Positions 40,444 to 52,000 of a DNA stretch of 64,000 bases are shown here, piece by piece. The position numbers and the translations under genes were made by a program. The notes beneath the pieces were generated by a model. That model was not told where the DNA came from. It was given only the letters and a program-made list of their open reading frames with translations, and searched no databases. The stretch spans positions 16,554,001 to 16,618,000 of the forward strand of contig JBHGNT010000005.1 in the NCBI GenBank assembly GCA_043228905.1. The letters run 5' to 3'. The number at the start of each line of letters is the position of its first letter. The stretch's first letter is position 1. Origin of the DNA: Azolla caroliniana. Taxonomy: Eukaryota > Plantae > Polypodiophyta.

Positions 40444-42085
40444 CATATACTTTATCTCGACGTTCGTATATGGAACTTCAACCATGAGAGGCCGCATTTG
40501 AAAGTCAAAAGAAAATCCTCTTAGGTTGTGACCATCTACCACTAATGACAATTCATACTATAAACACACTTGAAGATTCAAGTTTTCTTGATTCCATTCG
40601 GGAGCATATTGAGAATGACGAATTCGCCCAAGAGATTTTGAGCCATATTGTCCTAGATCGTACTTCTTGCTCACAATATCAAAATCCTCGTCAAGACTAC
40701 ACCCAGTTCAGTTGGCATGATGGTTTCTTGTATGTGCCTGATGGTCCTTCTCGACTCCAAGTCTTGCAACAATATCATGACACACCAATGGCAAGACAAT
40801 TCAGCATCCACAAGACTTTCGAGTTAATTTCTCGATGATATTGGTGGCCACGACTTCGCCATTTTGTTATTATGTTCGTAGTTGTGATACATGTTAATGA
40901 TAAAAAAAACCTCAACATCATCCATATCACTTATTACAGCCAATGCCTATTCTTGAGAGCCCATGGAAATCTATTTAATTGGACTTTATTACGGATATAT
41001 TATGTTCCAAGGGTTTTAATTCTATTCTCACGGTAGTAGATCGTTTTACGAAGTTGGCGCATTTTCTTCGATGCACGAAGGCCATTACTAGCCAAGAGAC
41101 AACCGATTTACTCATGCGGGAGGTGTTTCGGCATCATGGTCTTCTAGATGATATTATCAGTTATTAGGGTCCCCAATTCATCTCAAAATTTTGACGGCAC
41201 ATGTTCAAACTCTTACATACTTTTTGCAAACTCTCTTCCAGCTACCATCCAGAAACTAATGGGTAGAGTGAGTGCACCAACCAAATAGTAGATCAATATC
41301 TTCGTTGTTTTGTCAACTATCAATAAGATGATTGGGTTGATCTATTACATTTGGTGGAATTTGCTTATAACAACACAAAACATTCTTCTACTAGATATTC
41401 CCCATTTTTTGCGAACATTACTAGATATTCCCCATTTTTTGCGGACATTGGGTACCATTCTCGTTGGACGATGCTTGAACATCCCGAACTCCTTACAAAC
41501 CCAATTGCTGAAGATCGGCTCACCCGACTCCAAGAAATTTAGGATATCCTTTCTCACCATTTATGTGATGCTCAAAACAGTCAAAAGAAGGTTGTTGACC
41601 ATCATCGACATGATTCGTCAACTACAATTCAACTGGGAGATCGAGTATGGCTCTTATAAGGTAGCATTAAAACCACCAAACCTTGTTGCAAACTAGATTA
41701 TCAATGTTTTGGCCCGTAGGTGATCTCTGGTAAGATCAATAATGTAGCATTTTGCCTTGATCTTCCTCTACATATGCATCTTCACCCGGTCTTCCATGTT
41801 TCACTTTTGGAGCCCTACACAACAAGCTCTATTCCGGGTCGTCTTACATCTCCCCCACCTCCAATCAAAGTTTTTGACGGCTTTGAATATGAAGTTATTG
41901 CCACTATCGACTCCAAGATCGTCTATAACAAACTATATTATTTGGTTTACTGGTTAGGTTATACATATACACCTAATGATCGAACATGGGAGCTTGCTCA
42001 GAATCTTGTTAATGCCTCCGACATGGTTGTTGCATTTCACAACAAATATCCCCATAAGCCAAGTCCAAAATGTTGTCTTCCAACT

Positions 42086-45000
42086 TGTTAAGTGACAAGC
42101 TCAACATTGGGTGCGTAATATGGCGTGTAACCCAGTGCGTAGACTGGACGCGTCAGTTAGTATGCACAACCTGGCCGTATCGGTGCGTAAACCGAAAGGC
42201 CGTTAGAGAGATATTCCTCGTAAGGAATAATTTTGGGAGTGAGTGTCGAGGCTCATTTATGAGCAGTCAAATACTGTCAGTACTTGTGTCAGGCCGATTG
42301 TCAAGGCTTGTATAAAAGGTGCTCACTAAGCACACTGTATGTACAGAGCGTCATTATTTTGAAATAGAACTGAGTTGTCTGTCTCTGTCTCTGTCTCTCC
42401 CTCTCTCTATCTCCATCTCTGCATTTTTTGTGTTTTACCTAACTATCTTATTCCTCCGAACTGTATACTCTGTGTTTTCGCAACACGCTTCCGCATAACG
42501 TATTCTTTTACATGGTATCAGAGCGCGAGGGTTGAGGTCCTCTACAGCCGACAAGAAAAGTTTGTGACGAAACAGAGTTGAAGTTGTTCGCTTTCGGAGA
42601 AGAAAAAGATAGTACTATGGACAGAGGAATGGGAAGCTCACTTCTGATTGAAAAGCTTAATAGAAGCAACTACGCATCTTGGTCTTACAAGATGCACCAG
42701 TACCTGCTCGGCCATGGCTACTAGAGTTATGTCGAAGGAGCAAACGATGTGGCACCCAACTCGACACACAGGGACTATCCGGCTTGGGAACAAGCGGCAA
42801 GCAGAGTGATGTACTACTTCGCGTCCTGTGTGAGCGATCAGCTTTTGAGCTATATTCGGGATGCCAAGACGCTGAAGGACGCATGGGCGAATCTCAAAAG
42901 GATTTTCGCCGCCAGCACAACGGCCAGAAAGCTGCAGCTCAGACAGGAGCTCAGCAATGTACGACAAAGAGATATGTTGGTGGCTGATTACACCACCAAG
43001 ATCAAAGAAATCTGCGACTCTCTCACCTCCGTCAATGTGAACGTCGAGGAGGATGAAATGGTGCAGGTTTGTCTTGGTGGCTTGGCGTCAAAGTTCATAC
43101 CTTTCCGAACGGCAGTCTGCACAAGGGAGATTACACCTTCGTTTTTCGAGCTTCAGTCAATGTTGCTCGTAGAAGAAAACCATGCGGGTGCGTCGATGAG
43201 TGTGTACGCCGGTGGCAAGATGCTCTACACAGAGGATGATAGGCCCCATGGACGTGGTGGATGAGGCGGATCGGCGCGCAATGGAGGCAGCCGAAAAGAG
43301 CAGAATGTACAGCATAATCGAGATGCCAGAAGCAATTCCGAACTCTCTGCAAGCAGGGGGAGTCATGGCGGCGCCGGAAGACGGCAAGAGAAGGCCGCGT
43401 CGGAATGTTGGTATTGTGCCAAGAAAGGCCACAAGGAGAGCGAGTGCTGGAAGAAACAAGTTGACTCAAACAAAGCTAGACCGAACGGAAGAGACGCAGG
43501 AAGGCGTCAAAGATCGCACTATGCTGAGGACTCCGAACAAGCCGGAAATGGAGCGGGCCCTGCCTTCGTAATGAAGCATAAGGCCAATTCAATGGTCGTG
43601 AACACCTTGAAATCGAGCGAGGTGTGGTATGTGGATTTCGGAGTGTCAAATCATATGACGAGCCATGAGGAATGGTTCTCATCCTTGGAGAAGCCGGAAT
43701 CACGAGGGGTTGTCGAAATGGGAGATGACACCCCGCATACCATCGAACATGTCAGTGAAGTTCCCCTCAGCCACGTCAGGCAAAAAGGGAAGCTTATGAA
43801 CGTGTTGCACGTCCCGACAATAACGAAAAACTTGGTGTCGGTCGGTCAGATCGTCAACCAAGGTATGCAAGTTCGATTCACGCACCTCGGCTGCTTCATA
43901 GAAGAGGAAGGCAAAGTGATCGCACAGGGGCGTCGTGAAGGAAGGATGTTTATCCTCGAAACCAATAATGTGGGCACCACAATGTTCGCGAAAGGACAGA
44001 AGGTCGAGTCAGATATCGACCTGTGGCACAAGTGGTTCGACCACGTGAATTTCCCACGGCTTCGTGAAATGCAGACGAAGAACATTGTTTTCGGCTTGCC
44101 AAAATTTCGTGGCCGGAATGGCCAAGTCTGCGAAGCCTGTCAGATGGGAAAACAACACCGACTTCCATTCCCCAATGAGCGTATTCATAGTCGAAGTCCG
44201 CTGGATTTGATCCATTCGGATGTGTGGGGTCCGGCACAGAATGTGAGTCTCGGTGGAAGCCGTTACATTGTAACCTTCATCGATGACTTCACTCGGCACA
44301 CATGGGCATGCATGATTGAGAAGAAGAGCGAAGTCTTCGCATGTTTCATGAAGGTGAAGAGCCTTGCGGAAAGGGAAACAGGGCGTAAAATCAAATGCCT
44401 ACGGTTCGATGACGGAAAGGATTACTTCTCCAACCAGTTCACATGTTATCTACGGAAGGAGGGAATTCGAAGCGAATTCTCATGTAGATATACGCCGGAG
44501 CAGAACGGCGTAGCCGAGCAGAAGAATTGGACGATTGAAGAAGCGGCCCAGGCAATGCTTGAAGAGAAGCATATGCCGAAATTTTATTGGGACGAAGCCA
44601 TGAAGACGGCTATCTACTTGTAGAATCGGACTTCTGTTAATGGAGGAGTGTCGCCACATGAGTTGTATTTCGGGAAGAAGCCGAACTTGGCACACTTGAG
44701 GATTTTCGGTAGCATTGCTTATGTGCATGTGCCAAAGGAAAAGAGGAGGAAGATGGATGCCAAAGCCGAGAAATGTATCTTGGTCGGCTATTCAGACAAG
44801 TAGAAGGGGTATAAGTGATATAACCCCCAAACGAAGGAAGTACGCGTAAGCCGCGATGTCGTATTTGACGAGTTCATTTCGTGGTACTTGCCTTCTCCTC
44901 TAGAACCTCAAGACTCCATTCCGATTTTTGAAGAAGAAGTTGGCGAGGCTGAAATGCCTCCGCATGATGAAGAAATCGGAGCTCTGAGAGAGAGTCCGAT

Positions 45001-47870
45001 CTCATTTCAGCTAAGTGAGCCGAATGAGGGGTTGGGCCGAGATGGCCAACAAGATGATGAGACAGCGAGTAGTGGAGACTCGGTTGTGTTGTTCCCGCGT
45101 AAAGAACCGAGGAGATGATTTATGCACAAAGAGAAGGGGAAGAAGAAGACACCGGAATACGATTTCGGTTGTGCCGAGTCAGTTTGAAGCGAATCTGACC
45201 TCGAGCCAGTCGAGAAGGAACCTCCACAGAAGAGGTCAAAATCGACCGAAAAGGTCACGAAATCGGGTAATCACAAATTACGCCGATCTACCCGCCAGAA
45301 GAACCCCGTAAAGAGATACCGGTATAATGAGTACATGGCACACCATTACGCGTACATGACGCGAGTGGCGGAAGTGCGTGAGCTAGAGACCTACGCAGAA
45401 GCGGCGAAAGACGCAAATTGGTGTGCCGCAATGGAGGAAGAGATGCACGCCTTAACGCAGAACGAGACATGGGACCTGGTTGACGAACCGAAGGGTGTGA
45501 AGCCGATCGGCTGCCGATGGGTGTATAAAGTGAAACACAACACGGACGGCTTTGTCAACCGATACAAGGTCCGTTTGGTAGCAAAAGGCTACGTGCAGAA
45601 ACACGGCATCGACTACGATGAGACGTGTGCGTCGGTCGCAAAGATGACGACCATCCGTGTTTTGCTCGCAGTAGTTGCGGCAAAGGGGTGGCACCTACAT
45701 CATATGGATGTAAAGAACGCATTCCTGCAAGGTGATCTTGAGGAACATGTGTACATGGTACAACCCCCCAAATTTCTATCCGAACAAAACACCTCGGTAG
45801 TTTGTTGATTGAAGAAGTCCCTATACGGACTGAAGCAAGCCCCACGAGCTTGGAACGCAAAGATTACGCAACAGTTGCGTAGGATGGGGTTTGCGTTGTC
45901 GAAATCAGACTCTTCTCTATTTGTTCAGCAAGGTCAATATGGACCGATCAGCATCCTCTTGTACATTGATGATTTAGTCATCGCCGGTGCCGACCTTGAC
46001 GAAATCCGCCGCGTGAAGTTTCAGCTCACAGCATCGTTTGAAATGAAGGATCTCGGAGACCTCCATTACTTCCTCGGGATCGAAGTGATCCGTACCTCCG
46101 AAGGCATATTGATCGGACATCGTCATTACACGCTGAATATGCTCTTCAAGTTCGGGACGGCAAACTATAAGCCCATCTCGATCCCTCTGGATAGAAACAT
46201 GAAGCTTCGCCCAGATTCGGGCAAGGCGTGCGACCCAACACGGTTCTGATAGATTGTCGGGAGACTTATCTATTTGACGATTACTCGACCGGATCTTAGC
46301 TACCCGGTTGGCTTAATAAGTCAATTCATGTCGCAACCTACGGCCGAACACTTTCAGTGCACGCAACGGATACTACGTTATGTCAGTGGCACGAAAGACA
46401 TGACATTGCTATATCGAGCAGGCATAGCCGAACAGTTAGTCGGCTACACGGATGCCGATTGGGCCGAAACTGCCCACGATCATCAATCCACATCTGGATA
46501 TGCATTCTCATTGGGAAGTGCAGCGATCGCATGGAGCAACAAGAAGCAGCCGACAGTAGCATTGTTGAGCACGGAGGCCGAATATTGAGGGGCGATTGTC
46601 GCTACGTACGAAGTCATTTGGCTAAAACGGTTATTACGGAATCTGCAGGTAGAGGTGCCTGATCCGACGACGATCCATTATGACAACCTTAGCAGTATCC
46701 ACCTTGTGAAGAACCCCGTGTTCCATGCCCGGACCAAGCACATTAAGGTGCATTACCATTTTGTCCACGAGCGGGTCCTTTCAGGAGAGGTCAAATTGGT
46801 GCATGTTTTGACTGATCGGCAGATTGCCGACATCTTCACAAAACCTCTTAATCTCGACAAGTTAGGGCATTTCTCAGGTGCACTTGGGTTGCATCACCTC
46901 GACACACCGAACTTGAGGGGGAGAAGGGAAGACAAACAGGAACAAGAGCGTGAAAGGAACTGAGGTAAGCATCACGGCGGAAGTGACCGAGATGCGAAGT
47001 CGGATCGAGAACTGGCTGAAGAAGCCGAAGATGGAAGCAAGGGTCGTAAGCATGAGAAGGAGCCGAGGATAGCTGAAACTGAGGGAGATAAGGCCAAGAC
47101 TAAGACGTGGTCAGATGTTATCAGGGGCCTGAAGATTGAGGACGAATTGGACACAACCAATTCGGATGAGGGCGGAATTGAATCAGAAGTGTTTGATTCA
47201 ATTAGTATGTTCGATTTGGATATGCTGAATCAACTGAAGGCCATGCGGGAAAAAGGGCAGCGAAGGACACGCCGACACCACAACATCAAGGGAGCTGAGA
47301 AGGGTCGGATGAGCAGACAAGCCGACCGGAAGGGTCGAGGCGCGCGGAATCGAACGGGTCGAGGAGTGCGAGCGAGGCGTGAAGCCAGAAGGAACCGGAG
47401 CGTAGATCCGGCGGAGTAGGAGGAACCTCAAGTTGAGCTTGAGGGGGAGTGTTGAGTGACAAGCTCAACATTGGGTGCATAATATGGCGTGTAACCCAAT
47501 GCGTAGACTGGACGGGTGAGTTAGTACGCACAACCTGGCCGTATCGATGTGTAAACCGAAAGGCCGTTAGAGAGATATTCCTCGTAAGGAATAATTTTGG
47601 GATTGAGTGTTGAGGCTCATTTATGAGCAGTCAAGTACTGTCAGTACTTGTGTCAACCCGATTGTCAGGGCTTGTATAAAAGGTGCTCACTGAGCATAGT
47701 GTATGTACAGAGCGTCATTATTTTGAAATAGAACTGAGTTGTCTGTCTCTGTCTCTCCCTCTCTCTATCTCCATCTCTACGTTTTCTATGTTTTGCTTAA
47801 CTGTCTTATTCCTCCGAACTGTATACTCTATGTTTACGCAACACGCTTCCGCATAACGTATTCTTTTACA
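42086..47870 (+). mobile_element. Ty1/copia element H, degenerate, full length, related to the basal element
   Basis: LTRs 42086-42512 and 47450-47870, PBS 42513-42524, PPT GAGGGGGAG, TSD CAACT. Gag-pol ~42617-46963 with several stops (YIDD RT). Confidence 0.96.
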
Positions 47871-49005
47871 CAACTCGTGGAACTCATCATCAAAAAGGGG
47901 GGATAATGTTATGAAGACATACATTTTGGCTTATAAGGATTCGAACTCATAACTTCTTAGTCTATGTGTTAAAACCTTTAACCATTATAATAACATATAT
48001 GATATATAATTATAATAATTATATTATTAGTTATTACAAGATATTTAGAGTATTCTGGAACATTCTAAAATATTCTATGATTATCTTAAATATCATAAAT
48101 GTCTAAAATATTCTAGAACATTCTAGAATACTCCATAGGACCTATAATATAGGTGTCTATTCATTCATCACAATTCATTCAGTTCAACACCAATCTTCAC
48201 CCCTTAGCCTACCCTTGAACTCTCTTATAATATAAACTTCTTCCCATTTCCTTCCTTTTCTCTCTCTCTCTCTCTCTCTCTACCTTCTATCATAATCTTT
48301 CTTCTATTCTCTCTCTCTCCTACTCGCAAGTCACAACAAATGGTATGTCATATAGTCGTCGTAATCGAATCGGCTGAAGACATTCTTTTCTCGAGTGGCG
48401 ACGAAGTTTCTCATTTGTCGTTGCAATGGCTTTCTTCACTCCAGTTGTCCGCATAATAGGCACATCAAAACCACCATATTCACTGTCGAGTGAGTGAGTT
48501 GATTGGTTGCCGTTAGATTGATCATCTTCATATTCCAACAATTTGGCCTTGCCTTTATCCGGTTTCGAACTTGGCCGCAACGTGCTTTGGTCACTCAGAG
48601 GCTCTTGAGGTCCACTTAGCCTGGTTGAGATTAGATTTTCCTCTAGTGTAAGCCTCAATCAATCATCCTCCTCTGAGTCTATACAATTGACATCGGTTAC
48701 AATTGGTTTGGATAGAGTAGAGTCGTCGGTTGTGTACCAAGATGCCGATTCATCGAATATGACATCTCTACTCACTGTAGATGGGTTGAAGCACTTATAC
48801 CCTTTTTGTTCGAGCGAGTAACCTACGAGTATGCACTTCTCCGATTTCGGATCAAGCTTTTGCCACTTTTCATTAGGAATGTGTACGTATGTAATCAAGC
48901 CGAATAGCTTGACGTGAGATAAGTTCGGCTTCTTTCCACAAAACTTCTCGTGAGGGGTTACATCATGTAGTACGGATGTTGTGCACCAATTCATCAGGTA
49001 GACGA

Positions 49006-52000
49006 TGTTGGAGACAAGGCCGTCAATGCGGAAGATCAAACACCATTCGATTCTGTTGAATACCTGCGTATGACAGTTTCTAAGGTCGTGCACAGAGATG
49101 GAGAGAAAGAGAGAGAGAGAGAGAGAGAGCACAAAGGAGTCTTTCTATTCCATAAGACTATAATACAACCAACCTTACAAAAAGGTTACAAGGTCACTTT
49201 ATATAGTGACCGACTTAGGGCAACTACCATTTATGCTAATTACACAAATGGCCCAAACTTGATCTATACAAAGAGATAGTGTGAATACATCCATTATACA
49301 CTTGTATTCGACACTCCCCCGTAATGGGCATATACATGGGTTATCTAAGATTACAGGTATAAACCTAGGTTCTCGGACATATCAGTTTTGTTCGAGTCGG
49401 CAGGGTCCGAAGGCAGAAGACCGGACTGGTCGGGTTGGAAGAGTTGAAGCCGATCATTAAGGAACTGATGTCGGTTGTCGGAAACCATCCTGTGCTGTGT
49501 CCGGCTCTAACCGGACTGATTTGTCGTTACGCCCATCTGATGCCGAAGGGACCGAAAGCGGTCTGCCGAAAGACACTTGGTCATTCCATCTGCGACATTG
49601 TCGGTTGTCGATATTTTCTCTAGACCGATTTTCCCTGAAATGACGCAGTCCCGAACGAAGTGATATCGAACGTCGATATGTTTGGAGGCGTTGTGGTGAA
49701 CCGGATTTTTCGACAAGGCAACAGCACCTTGACTGTCGCTGTAGACAACTGGGGCCGAGTCATGGTCGACTTGTCGAAACGTGTGCGCAAGCCGGCCGAG
49801 CCACAAAGCTTCTTTTGCAACGTCGGACGCAGCTACATATTCTGCTTCGGTCATTGAGGTCGTTGTGCACTCCTGAAGTTTCGACTTCCACGAAATTGCT
49901 CCATTGCCGAATTTGAAGCAGTATCCAGTTGTTGATTTCCGACTGTCTATACAGCCGGCGAAGTCCGAGTCGGTGTAACCGACTACGCCTGAGGTTGAGT
50001 TCGGACCGAAAAGAATGTCGTGGTCTTTTGTGCCAGCCAGATATTTGAACACATGCTTGACTGCGTTCCAATGCGATCGGCCAGGATTGTGCATAAATCT
50101 GCTAACGACTCCTACGGCATGAGAAATATCAGGCCGTGTCGCGACCATCAGGTACATAAGGGAGCCGACTGCCGGTGCATACGGTACCGACTTCATATCT
50201 TCCCCCTCCGGACCGGATGTCGGGCAGTCTCGCTGAGAGAGCCGAAGATTCATGGGGAGCGGGGTTGAAGCAGATTTGGCTGATTGCATATTGAAGCGTT
50301 CCAAGATACGTCCGATATAGTCGGTCTGAGACAAAAAGAGATGTCGTTTATCGCGATGCCGACTAATCTTCATGCCAAGTATGTGTCGTGCAGGACCGAG
50401 GTCCTTCATGGCAAACTTCAACCGCAATTGCCGAATGAGATCGGCAAGTTCGCCCGCGTGGCGTCCAGAAATTAGCATGTCGTCCACGTAAATGATGAGG
50501 AAGATGGGTGATCCATCTTGAGCTGTGTTGGTAAAAAGACAATGGTCCTCATCGCTTTTTGAGAAGCCGATCGATTGGATGAAGTCGTCGAACTTCTTGT
50601 ACCATTGTCGCGGTGCCTGTTTGAGGCCGTATAGACTCTTCCTGAGTCGGCAGACTAGATGTTCTTGGCCAGGTGCAACGAAGCCTTTTGGCTGCTCCAT
50701 ATAAATTTCCTCTTCAAGATCACCATGGAGGAAGGCTGTTTTGACATCTAGCTGAATCAGCTCCAAGTTGTCGGCTGCCACTACGCCGAGTAGAAAACGA
50801 AGGGTTGTCATTTTCACCACTGGTGAAAAAATCTCGTCGAAGTCGACGCCATATTCTTGTCGGAAGCCCTTCGCAACTAATCTGGCCTTGTACTTTGGGG
50901 TGGTCGAATCAGACGTCTCTTTTAGTCGATAAACCCACTTGCAAGGAAGAGCACGTCGATTCTTAGGTAATTCGACCAGATCCCAAGTCTTGTTTGCCCG
51001 AATGGAGTGCATTTCCGACTCCATCGCCAGATGCCAGGTGGCTGAATCGACAGATGTCGATGCTTCTTCGTAAGACGTCGATTCGCCGGCGTCGGTGAAG
51101 AAAATTCCAGGAGAATACCTCTCCGGAGGTTGCGACAGTCTCTCGGATTGTCGAGGTATGATTGGACTAGTCGTATCGGGTATCGAGGTCGGATGGTCCG
51201 AAAGCGAATTATTCTGCTGTGCCGAGTCGGAGTTGTCCGAGTCGGTAGTGGAAGGTTCAGCTACCCGTGAAGCTGACCGTGTGTTAAGAGCGGGGCCTTC
51301 TTGAAGGGTCGGCACATCGGAAAATGTTACCCTTCGGACTTCGATCGGTTTTTCGACTGATGGATTCATAGCCGACTCGTTGAACACAACGTCCGAACTT
51401 CGAACGATTTGTCTGCGTTCGGGGTCCCAGAGTCGGTATCCCATTTCGCCGTCTGATCCATATCCAAGGAAAATGCATTTCCTGGACCGAGGTGCAAGTT
51501 TTCGGCGATCATCTTTCGGAATAAGGGCGTACGCCTCGCATCCGAAGATCCTCAGCTTGTCGTAATTCGGCTTACTGCCGATCCATAGTTCCTGAGGAAT
51601 TTGAAGTCCTAGAGGTCTGCTTGGCGACATATTGATTATGTGTACTGCCGTGAGTAGAGCCTCTGCCCAGAAGCCATCCGACAGTCCGGAGTGTTGGAGC
51701 ATGGAAACTATCCGTTCTTGGATTGTCCGATTCATGCGTTCTGCAATCCCGTTTTGCTCCGGACTGTGTGGTGCCGTAAATTCACGTCGGATGCCGCGTT
51801 GTCGGCAGAATTTGACGAATTCTTCTGATTTGAACTCTCCCCCATTGTCGGTCCGAAAGCATTTCAGTTTTCGGTCAGTTTGATTTTCTACCATAGCGAG
51901 CCAATCGGAGAAGATCGAGAAGACACGATCTTTGGTGCGAATTGGATAAGCCCACACCTTTCGAGTCGAATCGTCAATAAAACTGACGAAGTAAGAGGCA

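Larger units (their letters stand above)
21148..48338 (+). mobile_element. Ty3/gypsy chromovirus F (Tcn1/Tf1-like), degenerate, host to G, the solo LTR and H
   Basis: LTRs 21148-21543 and 47907-48338, PPT AAAAAGGGGGGA, TSD AGTGG/AATGG. Gag from 21630 and 37479-37865 (CLYCGGPGYIVVNC). Protease LDSGA ~38150, RT 38696-39483 ([21 protein letters not shown]), RH (FHSRKF), integrase, chromodomain ~41880-42060 (YEV...YYLVYWLGY...TWE). Confidence 0.92.

Noticed and set aside
41385-41448. 30-bp tandem duplication in F integrase
   Set aside because: Ordinary slippage in a dead element.
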